64,000 nt of DNA from Candidatus Thorarchaeota archaeon (GCA_029855935.1 JAGSHN010000012.1:160001-224000); one strand, 5' to 3'. Positions 47,257 through 57,295 are shown, counted from the first letter of the stretch. The notes: generated from the sequence alone by a model not told the origin. Program-made: numbers and translations.

Positions 47257-47763
47257 ATGGGAGTGAAAGGAAAACTCGCGTGGACATTAAAGATTGACAA
47301 AGTGGCGAAGCCACTGTTTCAGGCGACCTACCGAGAGCTGATGAACACGCTCATACAGACGTGCGACAATATCGAAGAGGTCAACAGGCGAATGAAGGAG
47401 ATTGGCTTTCGCGTTGGACAGGACCTGTTGATGGAGTACGCAGACAAGATACGAAAGCACGCCTCGACATTCGTGGAGTTCAGCAAGACACTTCAGCTCG
47501 CCTACAAGGTGAACAGCGGACAGGAGTTTACCGATGTGTGGATCAGTGAGGACGGTCGCGTGATCAAATATACTGACGACCATTGTGTGTTGTGTGAGGG
47601 CGTGGAGATTCGCGACATGCCCGGACTCCAGTATTGCGGTCTCATCTCCGGCGTGTTTCAAGCGGTCATGGACCTGCGTGGATTCAAGGCCGAGGCCTAT
47701 CAGGAGTCCTGTCGCGCGATTGGCGACTCCACCTGTCGCTGGACCATCCGGCTTCTTGAGTGA
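47257..47763 (+). CDS. Bet3/TRAPP-like V4R protein (copy 1)
   Basis: KV...LF..TY..L...L....NIEEVN..M..IGF.VG..L resembles the Bet3 N-terminus; V4R Cys motif YC..ISG....E.CRA.GD..C. Confidence 0.8.
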   Translation: MGVKGKLAWTLKIDKVAKPLFQATYRELMNTLIQTCDNIEEVNRRMKEIGFRVGQDLLMEYADKIRKHASTFVEFSKTLQLAYKVNSGQEFTDVWISEDGRVIKYTDDHCVLCEGVEIRDMPGLQYCGLISGVFQAVMDLRGFKAEAYQESCRAIGDSTCRWTIRLLE

Positions 47764-47851
47764 CCCCTAGTGGGCTAGCGAACATGTATAAATGGCGGGA
47801 GGTATCATGCAGTGGTGAAACGGTCCACGGAGACCAAGAGGAGGCAATGGA

Positions 47852-48352
47852 ATGGGACAGATCTCTGGCACGCTTGTGGGAATGGTCGTCGCGTTCCTTA
47901 TCACGTTCCTGATACTCATGTTTGGTGGTTCGATTCACGAGGATCTCATCCCCCCTGAGATCGTCGCGGACTTTCTTAGCAGGCCTGATCTTGAGCTCAA
48001 GCTTGCAGTGGTGGGAACAGTGATGTATCCACCCTACCTGGGGATGCAGCTTGGTTTCGGCGCTCAGGGTTCCACAATCCTGATGTTCCTCGCCTGGGGA
48101 ACCGGCGGTCTTATTGCTGGAGCTCTGTCTCGCGAGATCATTCCCGGCGTATTCGCAGCCATCTTCGCAGTCATCATCGGTGCGTTTCTGATGTGGCTGC
48201 TGATATTCTTTATCAGCACAACTGACTTCATGGCAATCTTTGGGGGCACTTCAATGTTGCTCCTTCAATTCGTTCTTGAGGGTGCTATATATCCCGCAAT
48301 TGCTGCAGTCGTGGGGAGTCTCCTCGGGAGCGGTGTCACGCGTGAGCGGTGA
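47852..48352 (+). CDS. membrane protein
   Basis: About 4 TMs, W..GG.IAG motif; upstream tataaa at ~47787. Confidence 0.75.
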   Translation: MGQISGTLVGMVVAFLITFLILMFGGSIHEDLIPPEIVADFLSRPDLELKLAVVGTVMYPPYLGMQLGFGAQGSTILMFLAWGTGGLIAGALSREIIPGVFAAIFAVIIGAFLMWLLIFFISTTDFMAIFGGTSMLLLQFVLEGAIYPAIAAVVGSLLGSGVTRER

Positions 48353-48914
48353 TGGTGTCGCAATCATCTTCAGTGCCCAGCTCGCGTCCGCACTCAGAGC
48401 ATATCAGGGGTCGGGACTTGAACACCGCCCCGCACTCGCATCTGGTGAGTATCGACTCGGGGGGAGGCACGGTTCCCCCACGCGTCAACACCTCAACGGC
48501 AATGCTGGTCGGGAGGATGGTGACAAGGCTGACCTGGGAGAGCAGAATCCCCTGTGCGAAGACTAGGAACAGTGTCGTATTTCTCTCGGGAGAGTCCCAC
48601 AGCGACGGGTTAGAGATCAATAGCGCAGCAATGGCAAGAGCTGAGAGAACGGCTCCCAGCCACAGAGATGATCTGACGCTATTCCACCCTCTCTTGGCCA
48701 CGACTCCTGCGATGACGCCCATCAACAGCCAGGTAGGAAGATGCGTCAACGGGTTTAGCACGTGATCAACCACGCCCTGAACGCTGAGAAGATATTCTCC
48801 TCCCCGCAGGATGCGTGTCAGCACATCCGTAGAGCCTCTTATGCCTGACACCCAGACATCTGTGAGATAGGCTCCTACCAGTGCCGCGGCCAGCGCACCA
48901 CCAAAGTTTCTCAT
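48336..48914 (-). CDS. membrane protein with C-terminal zinc ribbon
   Basis: About 4 TMs, W...G.IAG motif, CECG...CSECG. Confidence 0.72.
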   Translation of the reverse strand: MRNFGGALAAALVGAYLTDVWVSGIRGSTDVLTRILRGGEYLLSVQGVVDHVLNPLTHLPTWLLMGVIAGVVAKRGWNSVRSSLWLGAVLSALAIAALLISNPSLWDSPERNTTLFLVFAQGILLSQVSLVTILPTSIAVEVLTRGGTVPPPESILTRCECGAVFKSRPLICSECGRELGTEDDCDTITAHA

Positions 48915-49123
48915 CTCTCTCGACCTGTGATGTTGTCTGTGGCGCGGTCTTCCGCCCCTCTGGTGTGGGCTGTTGTCAGCCATTTAATGTTTCTGAACTG
49001 TGAGGTCACAACTCATTCGCCACAACTCGCAGACACGTCACCGCAATCCTTTTCTGATGTGCCTCCTCCCATATTCTCGAAGGCGACACGCCAGCGCCAG
49101 GGACCACAAGGTGTGTATCTGAC

Positions 49124-50089
49124 ATGTCCGGCGACCTTGAAAGAGCGTTATCCAAGCTCAGGTTTGATGATCAGGTCATTGGCTACTCCCTGATGACCAA
49201 GGGTGGCAGGCCGTTTGTCAGCTTTTCCTTTCCAGACGACCTTTTCCCGCGTGTCAAGGAGAGCATCAGCCTGTACAAGACCGACCTGAGACTAATGACC
49301 ATCGATACGGACAAGGGCCTTGTGGTTCTCGCTCCGGTCGACGACAACTGGATACTCACAGTCCTGTATGTTCCCGAGCTACAGCTGGGGTTGGCGATTG
49401 CCAAGACCAAGAACGTCCTGCGGATGCTTGAGGGGATCGAGCTGCCCCCGCCGCCTGAAGAGTTCGAGGAGGCCGTAGAGTCCAACTTGGAGGTTCTAGA
49501 GAGCATTGCGATGCAGGCCGCCTCCACCGCTGCTGAGGCGGCACCGACTGTCGAGGAGCCCGCCCCTGCTCCTGCTCAAGAGGCAGAGGAGCTCTCTCCT
49601 GAAGACTTTGTCGTAACATCCGATACTGTCCCCAAGAAGGGCGAGGCATATGCAACAGCTCTCTCTCTCGACTCTGACCTATATGATGAGATGAGAAAGG
49701 CCTACCGCAACTTCGGCTTTGACATCCTCATGCTCGTCGACGGGCGGTCCACGGTTGCAGCCATCGCAGACGCAATGTTCCAGCCTGTTGTCAAGGTGGC
49801 CGAGGTACTGAAATGGGCTGCCTCGAAGCGGATAGTAGAGCTTCCGAGAGCTGGTGAGGCGGCAGCGGAGGGGGTCACGAAGAAGCCGTCCCGTTTTGTC
49901 AAGTGTCCGCGATTCGAGGGCGACCTCTCAAAGGTGAAGCCCGACCACCTGGCGGTTGTGCGGCTGTGTGACGGCACACGGACGACGGAACAGATTGCCG
50001 AAGCCGCCGGGATACCTGCTCCGCGGGTCATCCACATTGTGGCGCTGTACCGCAAGCACGGTATGAAAATGATTGGCAAGACCATCTAA
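49124..50089 (+). CDS. roadblock/LC7 domain + linker + two winged-helix domains (copy 2)
   Basis: DLERALSKLRFDD vs DLERALTKLRYDD in 46312; LVDG..TV..IA and LCDGTRT.EQIA. Confidence 0.78.
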   Translation: MSGDLERALSKLRFDDQVIGYSLMTKGGRPFVSFSFPDDLFPRVKESISLYKTDLRLMTIDTDKGLVVLAPVDDNWILTVLYVPELQLGLAIAKTKNVLRMLEGIELPPPPEEFEEAVESNLEVLESIAMQAASTAAEAAPTVEEPAPAPAQEAEELSPEDFVVTSDTVPKKGEAYATALSLDSDLYDEMRKAYRNFGFDILMLVDGRSTVAAIADAMFQPVVKVAEVLKWAASKRIVELPRAGEAAAEGVTKKPSRFVKCPRFEGDLSKVKPDHLAVVRLCDGTRTTEQIAEAAGIPAPRVIHIVALYRKHGMKMIGKTI

Positions 50090-50125
50090 TTCCTCAAACC
50101 CGACACACACCAGAGGTTCAAGGCA

Positions 50126-50599
50126 ATGGCGCGAATAGAGAACCCCCTACTTTTGAGCATCTACGGTCAGCTAGTGGACAAGATTCTTGCTGAAACGCAG
50201 AACATCGAAGAGGCCAATGAGCGTCTCCGTGAGCTTGGTCGCACTATGGCCGAGCAAATCTATCTCACCACGGACATCGTTGAGAAGACCAAGGACGAGG
50301 TCCTCACGAGAGAAGATGTTGCGAAGTTGGTTGAGGTGGTCTTCAGGGTTCTATTTGACCGCAAGCCCACAGAGATTGACATGGAAACGGCCCGCGGTTC
50401 TGTCCGGGTGAGCGACTCGAACTGCGTCTGGTGTCAGGACGTGAACTTGGAGGGGATGCCCGGTTTTGGCTACTGCGAAGTCTTCAGCGGCATTCTTGAG
50501 GCAATACTGAAGTACAAGGGCGTGGATGCACGTGTCTTCGAGGAGACTTGCAGGGCCACAGGAGGCGTGACCTGCTCCTGGAATGTACGTCTCGTATGA
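50126..50599 (+). CDS. Bet3/TRAPP-like V4R protein (copy 2)
   Basis: L...YG.LV..I.....NIEEANE.L..LG; CVWC..V....MPG..YC...SG...E.CRA.G...C. Confidence 0.8.
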   Translation: MARIENPLLLSIYGQLVDKILAETQNIEEANERLRELGRTMAEQIYLTTDIVEKTKDEVLTREDVAKLVEVVFRVLFDRKPTEIDMETARGSVRVSDSNCVWCQDVNLEGMPGFGYCEVFSGILEAILKYKGVDARVFEETCRATGGVTCSWNVRLV

Positions 50600-50683
50600 T
50601 GGAGAAGACTCCGTGGCAGCCCATGTCACAGGAAAGCACTTATCCCCGGCTGTGGACGGGGTATCTGCCCGGAGGTATCTGAA

Positions 50684-51232
50684 ATGTCTAAAGAGCCTGA
50701 GGTTATCAAGTGGTGGCGTGGTAGGCTCAAGGAGCGCGACCTGATGCGTGCGTTCTTTGCCAAGACGTGGACGAAGATTGGAAACAGAATCGCAGTTATG
50801 TTCCCGGAGAGAGTACGTGATCTCTACTACAGCGCGGGACGGCTTGCTGGGCTTGAGGCGCAACAGGAGTACTTCAGGATTGGAAAGCAGAAGCCGCCTG
50901 GGGACTTCAAGGGCATCGTAGAATTCATCAAGATGGCCCTCTCCACCATCATTGTCCCCTTTGGAGATGTCGAGATCCAGAAGCTCTACAAGCTCTGGCT
51001 TGATGAAGAGGCCATAATTGAGATTCGTGACAACCCTTATGCATCGGGTCTTCACAGCGAAGAGCCCTCGTGCTATTTCCTCAGGGGTTTCATTGAGGCT
51101 GTTCTTGAATACCTGACAGACTTCAATAGAATCGAGTACGAGACGCTAACGGTCGTCGAGGAAACTTGTATAGCCACGGGAGCTCCATCTTGTACATTCC
51201 ACCTCAAGTTGACATACCCCGCCAAAGGCTGA
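50684..51232 (+). CDS. V4R domain protein
   Basis: Y..G...G, FG, P.C.F.RG.I..V, V.E..C.A.G...C.F. Confidence 0.85.
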   Translation: MSKEPEVIKWWRGRLKERDLMRAFFAKTWTKIGNRIAVMFPERVRDLYYSAGRLAGLEAQQEYFRIGKQKPPGDFKGIVEFIKMALSTIIVPFGDVEIQKLYKLWLDEEAIIEIRDNPYASGLHSEEPSCYFLRGFIEAVLEYLTDFNRIEYETLTVVEETCIATGAPSCTFHLKLTYPAKG

Positions 51233-51306
51233 CCCCGACTGGTACAAGCGTTGCCCAAACACATACCTTAACTTCAAACTTTGAGAAGGAGCGTAGAGGT
51301 GGTGCT

Positions 51307-52035
51307 ATGCGTCGCTCTGCAGCTTTACTCTGTCTGGCCTTTGCAATGACCGGGATAGTAATTCTACTCAACTTCCAGCTGCAGACCGGCAGCGACGCTC
51401 TCGCTCTCCACGATGCGAGTCCCTCTGTTCCAGCCAGTGGAAGTGGTCTTGCAGTCGCTCCGTTCGGTCTTGCTCTTGGGACGATGCCCCTCAATACTTG
51501 GACATCAGGTTCTCTATTGCTCTCCGGAGGATGCCTGTTTGTCATCGCGACTGTGGAGGTCGGAGTGCCATCTGGGAGAGCACAGTCGTTGCGAGAACGC
51601 GTTGTCGGCGAGATTGCTGCAAATCCGGGGATTCATCTCAGGGAGCTGTTGCGGAGCGTCGGCTGTGCGATGGGTGCACTACAATACCACGTGAAAAACC
51701 TGGAGAGGGAGGGTCTGATAGTGTCTGTGAGGACGGGCAACTTGAAGCACTTCTTCGTTGCTGGCTTCTCGTCTGATGCGAACGTGCTGCGTCTGGTTGC
51801 TCTTCTCAGGAATCCGACAATTGCTGCCATTGTCAGAGAGTGTACCGCCTCCGGGCCGACTACGCAGGCCAGTCTGAGTAGAACACTGTCGATGGACAAG
51901 AGCCTCGTCTCCTACTATGTGGGTCTTCTACTCAAGGCAGGAGTGTTGAAGACGATTCCTGTGTTTGGAAGGGAACGCCCACTGACTCTGACCGACTGGG
52001 CTCGTGATGCCCTGAGTCAGTGGTCGGCACAGTGA
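51307..52035 (+). CDS. membrane-anchored double winged-helix transcriptional regulator
   Basis: Signal/TM segments, then R..V...I..NPG.H.REL......G.LQYH...LE and a second HTH S.VSYY...L...G. Confidence 0.82.
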   Translation: MRRSAALLCLAFAMTGIVILLNFQLQTGSDALALHDASPSVPASGSGLAVAPFGLALGTMPLNTWTSGSLLLSGGCLFVIATVEVGVPSGRAQSLRERVVGEIAANPGIHLRELLRSVGCAMGALQYHVKNLEREGLIVSVRTGNLKHFFVAGFSSDANVLRLVALLRNPTIAAIVRECTASGPTTQASLSRTLSMDKSLVSYYVGLLLKAGVLKTIPVFGRERPLTLTDWARDALSQWSAQ

Positions 52036-52136
52036 AGCGACCGATATTCCTATCTTCATCCTTATCTTGACGACTGTACCCAGTGCAACCCACTGTACCG
52101 GCAATCCAAGAAACACGTCACAGGAACGTATCCAAG

Positions 52137-52904
52137 GTGTCCGACGATAGTACATCTGGAGGTCCCTCCGTGGAGGAGGATGATGAAGAGATCATACTGG
52201 TTGCTGAGAGCGAGTCGGCTGGCGTCAAGTATGCCACTCGGCTCGTAGATGTCTCTCGAGTCTACGAGATAGGGTCACGTAAGATTGTCGCGTTGCACGA
52301 TGTCAATCTTGAGGTACGCCCCGGTGAGTTCGTGGTGGTTGAGGGTCCCTCTGGATCCGGCAAGACTACTCTTCTCAACATCATTGGGGCGATTGACTAT
52401 GCCACAGAGGGACGCGTCTTTCTGATGGATGTGCCGATACAGGACTATGACGAGTCGTTTCGTGCCACGTTTCGTCTGACGAATACTGGCTTCGTCTTCC
52501 AGAGCTATAACCTGATCTCAACGCTGACCGCCCTGGAGAACGTGATGTTTCCGATGCAGCTCACAGAGCATCCTCGGGCAGCGCTGAAGGAGCGTGCCAA
52601 GTCGCTACTGGAGCGAGTGGGTCTGGACGACCGGTGGGATCATCTGCCGTGGCAACTCAGCTCCGGAGAACAACAACGTATCGCAGTGGCAAGGGCGATG
52701 GCCAATGATCCACCGCTAATTCTTGCTGACGAGCCAACAGCGAATCTTGACGAGGAGAGCGCGGACCTTGTACGTCGCATCCTCCGCGAGCTGAATGAGG
52801 CCGGCAAGACGGTCATTGTGATGACACACGACCCCAAGATAATTGGCACAGAGGATGCAAGGCACTTCAAGATGCAGAGAGGGGAGTTGACAGAGATTGT
52901 CTGA
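52137..52904 (+). CDS. ABC ATP-binding protein (LolD/MacB type)
   Basis: GPSGSGKTTLL, GFVFQSYNLI..LTALENV, LSSGEQQR.A.ARA..NDP..ILADEPT.NLD. Confidence 0.92.
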   Translation: MSDDSTSGGPSVEEDDEEIILVAESESAGVKYATRLVDVSRVYEIGSRKIVALHDVNLEVRPGEFVVVEGPSGSGKTTLLNIIGAIDYATEGRVFLMDVPIQDYDESFRATFRLTNTGFVFQSYNLISTLTALENVMFPMQLTEHPRAALKERAKSLLERVGLDDRWDHLPWQLSSGEQQRIAVARAMANDPPLILADEPTANLDEESADLVRRILRELNEAGKTVIVMTHDPKIIGTEDARHFKMQRGELTEIV

Positions 52905-54750
52905 GGCTCCGGACTACGCTCTGAAGGACCTCAAGAGACGCCCGTTCCAGTCGGGTGTCATGCTACTCTCTATGACTACTGTCGTGGCATTCACAGTCTT
53001 TCTGTTCCTCTTTGCCAACACATTGCTGTATGTCACCGCGTACGTCACATCGGCCGCCTTTATGGGGTCGCTCTATGTGTTCCTCGAGACTTTCATCTGG
53101 GGGACACTTCTCTTTGTTCTTCTACTGGGCCTAGTGGTCTTCTCTGCTGTCATCTCTCTTGAGATGGTCAGCCGTCGAAAGGACATTGGTCTGATGAAGG
53201 CGATAGGAACTCTCACCGACACTGTCTTTGACCACTTCATGGGTCAGGCTGTGATTCTGCTCGTCACCAGCGCGGTCCTCGGTGCGAGCATCGGTGTTGT
53301 GATGTATTTTGCGGGAACACTATGGTTGTCCTCCCTTGTACCTCCCGTCAGATTTGAGATGGCGTTCCCCTTCTTGCAGATACTAGTCCTAGTAGGGCTC
53401 TATCTTCTATCGGGATACTTTGCAGCCCAGAAGCCCATCTATGACGCTGTGCAGGAGTCTCCCATATCAGTACTGAATCCCCAGCTGGGGACACGTGTAC
53501 GCCACGTCGGCCTCCTTGACTCCTTCGGGCTCTCCTTTCGTGTGGCGACGAAGGCCATGGGCCGAAGGCTTCGAGGATCGCGGAGAACGCTCCTCTCTCT
53601 GTTCATGAGCATCGCATTGGCCTCTGCGCTCTGGGTTGGCGGCGGCATTGTCAACACTACGATGGACTCCTACATAGTGCGCTCAATGGGGTCGAATGTT
53701 GTGGCAATCGGTCACTCGTCCGTTCTATCAGCGTACTATCAGTCCTACTCGCTTGGCGAGGCCCCTCCCACTGTCAACACCTCGCTGACAGAGAGCTCCC
53801 TGATGGTCCCCACGGACCTCGTAGGGGAGGTGGCCTCTGTGGATGGCGTCAGAGCGGTCGAGCAGAGACTGATCGCGTATTCGGACGTCTCAGAGGGGCC
53901 AGCCATAGTCTGGAACCCCACTCTTCAGCAATGGGAGGAGATAGGTGACAACCGCAACGGTACTGCACTGCTCATTGGTGTGGACTGGGACAGTACCATC
54001 TCGGACTGGTACTTCGAGGGCGAGCCCATCAACGCAAGCAACCAAGTGCTAATAGGTGGTGAGATGGCCGACTCTATGTTCGAGGACCCACTAGTCCAGA
54101 CGCTACGGGTGCGTGGCGCCTCTTTCGAGATACGTGGCATTGCCTTCGATGTAGCCCACGGCGGGATGGTGGCGCTGATGCCCGTTTCTGCCATGCAGGA
54201 CCTGTGGGGAATCTCGGGGGCCAACCTTGTCCTCGTACAACTTGAGGAGTACCGGCAGGATGTGATCTCTCAGATCACCTCCATTGCTCGGAGTCACGGT
54301 CTGGACATCTTTCTCCAGGAGGAGGTCGTACGGCACAATCTGGCAGTGGTTGGCGGTCTGTGGCTGCTGTTGCAGCCCCTGCCAGTGATGGCACTGATCA
54401 GTGCCTTCTTTGCTCTCACAAACTATCTGCTCGTGTCGGTGTTCAGCAGGTTCCGAGACTACATAATTATGAGGTCCATTGGTGCCAAGCCTCTCTTCAT
54501 TGCGAAGACAATAGCAGCAGAGGGGATACTGATGGCGTCAAAAGCGGGAATACCCGCAATTGTGGGGTCCATCCTCTTCGGCGCCTACCTGCTGGTGCCA
54601 GAGGCGACCGTGCCCTCGGTGCTGTACTTGCCGCTCTCATTCATCCTGATGTTTGGTGCTCTACTGATGGTGTCCGTGCTGGCAGCCATCCCGGTGTATA
54701 TGATCTTCAGCAGGCGGATGGAGTTCAGGGTGTCAGAGTTCGGTGTCTGA
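52897..54750 (+). CDS. ABC permease, FtsX/MacB type (two permease units)
   Basis: R.KDIG.MKAIG and R.RD..IMRSIGA motifs, large extracytoplasmic domain. Confidence 0.88.
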   Translation: MSEAPDYALKDLKRRPFQSGVMLLSMTTVVAFTVFLFLFANTLLYVTAYVTSAAFMGSLYVFLETFIWGTLLFVLLLGLVVFSAVISLEMVSRRKDIGLMKAIGTLTDTVFDHFMGQAVILLVTSAVLGASIGVVMYFAGTLWLSSLVPPVRFEMAFPFLQILVLVGLYLLSGYFAAQKPIYDAVQESPISVLNPQLGTRVRHVGLLDSFGLSFRVATKAMGRRLRGSRRTLLSLFMSIALASALWVGGGIVNTTMDSYIVRSMGSNVVAIGHSSVLSAYYQSYSLGEAPPTVNTSLTESSLMVPTDLVGEVASVDGVRAVEQRLIAYSDVSEGPAIVWNPTLQQWEEIGDNRNGTALLIGVDWDSTISDWYFEGEPINASNQVLIGGEMADSMFEDPLVQTLRVRGASFEIRGIAFDVAHGGMVALMPVSAMQDLWGISGANLVLVQLEEYRQDVISQITSIARSHGLDIFLQEEVVRHNLAVVGGLWLLLQPLPVMALISAFFALTNYLLVSVFSRFRDYIIMRSIGAKPLFIAKTIAAEGILMASKAGIPAIVGSILFGAYLLVPEATVPSVLYLPLSFILMFGALLMVSVLAAIPVYMIFSRRMEFRVSEFGV

Positions 54751-54795
54751 TGGCAACGTTCTTTAGAACCGGCTGAGCGACCTCTGTCAGAAGAG

Positions 54796-56481
54796 GTGAC
54801 AGTGGTGCCTGTGCCCGCCCCGGAGGACGAGTTCTCCATTCATTGGATTGAGGATGTCGTCAGTAAGGTCCTCAAGCGCAATGTGGGCGACTACCTGATG
54901 TCTGCTGGCAAGAGTCCGAGCGGCAGCATTCACATCGGTATCATGCGAGAGCTGATAATCTCTGACGTGATAAAGCGAAGACTGCGGGACATGGGTCGAC
55001 GGGCACGGACAATGTTCATAGTCGACGACTACGACCCCGTGAGATCTTTCCCTCCAGGTGTTTCGCTCTCACTGGAGGAGTGGGTCGGAATACCGTATTC
55101 TGACGTGCCAGACGAGTTTGGCTGCTGTGAGAGCTATGGGGCGCACTGGGCGAACGAGCTGATTGAGGCCTTCCCCGACTTTGGCATCGACCCCGAGATA
55201 GTATGGACCTCCAAGCTGTATGAGACCCCCGAGATGCTTGAGGAGGTCCGAACGTGTCTGAGGCATACAGAGACCATTCGTGAGATAATGATTGAGTACG
55301 TGGCACGGGACTTCAGTCCCCAACAGCGTGTCCAGTACGTCGAGTCGATGAAGACATGGTATCCTGCGTCTGTGGTCTGCCCCAATTGTGGTCGTCTTCA
55401 GGCGGGTGCCAAGGGGTCCATATTGCCGAACCGGGTGCTGGACTACAATGTCGAAACGGACCAGATCACATTCAAGTGCCACTATTGCGGGCTCAAGGAC
55501 ACGCGTCGTCTGACTGACATCCGTATCAAGCTGACTTGGCGTGTTGACTGGCCCGCGAAGTGGCATTTGTTCAGGGTCACCTGTGAGCCTGCAGGCAAGG
55601 ACCACGCAGTCAAGGGCGGGTCGTACGACACGGGCCTTGAGATATCACGTCGCGTATTCGGCTGGGAGGGCCCCGTCAAGGTCCCATACGAGTGGGTACA
55701 GATTGGGGGCCGCGATATGACCACGTCAGAGGGAATCGTGTTCACGCCTAGGGCATGGCTAGACATAGCCCCTGCAGAGCTCTACAGGTTTCAAATGCTC
55801 AAGACCGACCTCCAACGTACAATCAACATTCAGCCGGAGAGAATTCCCGACTCTGTCGATCAGTACGACAAGTTTGAGCGTGTCTACTACGGTCTTGAGG
55901 AGGCGGACGAGGCGCGGCGCCAGTTGGCGAGACTGTTGTATCCATTGGCTGAGGCTCATCAGGTGCGTTCAGAGTACGTCCCGAAGCTTCCCTTCAAGTT
56001 CGCTGTCGTGATCTCGCAGCTGGAGGAGCTATTGGGACGGGACACGGTCATTGAGCGTTGTGTCACTGCAATCAAGAAGCGATTCTCATTGGGCACCATT
56101 CCGGATGAGGCATATCGGGTCATAGAGAAGCGTCTGGTCATGGCGCGCAACTGGGTCCGACAGTATGGTACCGATCGGGACCGTGTTGAGGTGTCTGACC
56201 ACGTCCCTGAAGAGATTCGGAAGACCATCACCGAACAGGACCGGGCCTTTCTCTCCAGACTGCTCCACACACTGCGGAGCGGCCCACTCACTGATGACGA
56301 ACTTCAGGGCGCGATCTTCTCTGCAGCGCGTGAAACAGGTCTGAAGGAACGCAGGGCCTTCACGGTGATGTATCGAATACTGATATCTCGGAAGTCTGGA
56401 CCGCGTCTTGGGCCGTTCATCAACCTCCTTGGTGCTGACTGGGTGGCCGACAGGATTGAGAGCGTACTTGTAGGGCCATAG
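54796..56481 (+). CDS. lysS: lysine--tRNA ligase, class I
   Basis: HW, SPSG.IHIG..RE, KL.WRVDWP.KW, EP.GKDH...GGS, Y..L.....GPRLG.F. Confidence 0.96.
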   Translation: MTVVPVPAPEDEFSIHWIEDVVSKVLKRNVGDYLMSAGKSPSGSIHIGIMRELIISDVIKRRLRDMGRRARTMFIVDDYDPVRSFPPGVSLSLEEWVGIPYSDVPDEFGCCESYGAHWANELIEAFPDFGIDPEIVWTSKLYETPEMLEEVRTCLRHTETIREIMIEYVARDFSPQQRVQYVESMKTWYPASVVCPNCGRLQAGAKGSILPNRVLDYNVETDQITFKCHYCGLKDTRRLTDIRIKLTWRVDWPAKWHLFRVTCEPAGKDHAVKGGSYDTGLEISRRVFGWEGPVKVPYEWVQIGGRDMTTSEGIVFTPRAWLDIAPAELYRFQMLKTDLQRTINIQPERIPDSVDQYDKFERVYYGLEEADEARRQLARLLYPLAEAHQVRSEYVPKLPFKFAVVISQLEELLGRDTVIERCVTAIKKRFSLGTIPDEAYRVIEKRLVMARNWVRQYGTDRDRVEVSDHVPEEIRKTITEQDRAFLSRLLHTLRSGPLTDDELQGAIFSAARETGLKERRAFTVMYRILISRKSGPRLGPFINLLGADWVADRIESVLVGP

Positions 56482-56557
56482 CCTGCATGCTCAACACGTT
56501 TATTAGAGTGACCTAAGTCCGCCCCGCCGGCCGAAGAGGCCGGGACTGTGCTTAGTC

Positions 56558-57295
56558 ATGCTGGGTCGTCTACGAGAGAGATACCAGAGGGCCATGAGAC
56601 CGCTGGGTGAGGTCCTTGCAAGAACGGGCATCACACCGAACATGATAACGGTACTGACCGTGCTTTTGGCTGGGGTGGCCGCGTATCTGTTCTATGTCGG
56701 GAATCTGATGATGGGCCTCGTCTTCATGATTCTCACAGTCGTCCTCGATATGTTCGACGGTGCAGTCGCACGTGCTGCCGGCCTGTCGTCGCCCTTTGGC
56801 GCAACACTTGACCACACACTCGACCGATACACCGAGTTCCTGTTCATGTTCGGACTGATGGCTGGCCCCGTTGGTCCCACGGGCATCGGCTGGTGGCCCG
56901 TCACAGCCGGTGACACGTTCGTCCCCTGGTTCTGGGGATATGTCGCGCTGTTCGGGATGATCATGGCAAGCTTCACGCGTGCCAAGGCCGAGTCTGTGGG
57001 CGGAGTGGAGAGATGTACCGTCGGAGTTGCAGAGAGGCAGGAAAAACTACTGCTGCAGTTCGCTGGAATACTCCTCCTCGCTCTGCCTCCAACGAATGTC
57101 TGGATGGACGTTCTGAATCTTCTCCCCAACATTGTGCACGACATCTTCGTTGCCCTTCAGGTGACGAACATTCTCACTCTGTGTGTTGTGATGGTTGCAG
57201 TCCTCTCACACATCACGGTCCTCCAGCGCCTACTGTACACGAGGGAACACGCCCCCGCATCTTTGGGTCCTGCAGCAGCCACTGAAGAGAAATGA
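56558..57295 (+). CDS. CDP-alcohol phosphatidyltransferase (archaetidylinositol phosphate synthase-like)
   Basis: TPN.IT, D.FDG.VAR......FGA.LD..LDR, S..RAKAE, G..ER.E. Confidence 0.9.
   Translation: MLGRLRERYQRAMRPLGEVLARTGITPNMITVLTVLLAGVAAYLFYVGNLMMGLVFMILTVVLDMFDGAVARAAGLSSPFGATLDHTLDRYTEFLFMFGLMAGPVGPTGIGWWPVTAGDTFVPWFWGYVALFGMIMASFTRAKAESVGGVERCTVGVAERQEKLLLQFAGILLLALPPTNVWMDVLNLLPNIVHDIFVALQVTNILTLCVVMVAVLSHITVLQRLLYTREHAPASLGPAAATEEK

Noticed and set aside
50597-50683. TGA of the Bet3-like gene is followed by 28 open codons in frame with the next V4R gene (possible Sec or read-through fusion)
   Set aside because: The TGA lies at the natural domain end, not at a Cys position. The next gene has its own GGAGGT before its ATG, and no SECIS-like hairpin was seen. 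A short open spacer is likely by chance at this GC content.
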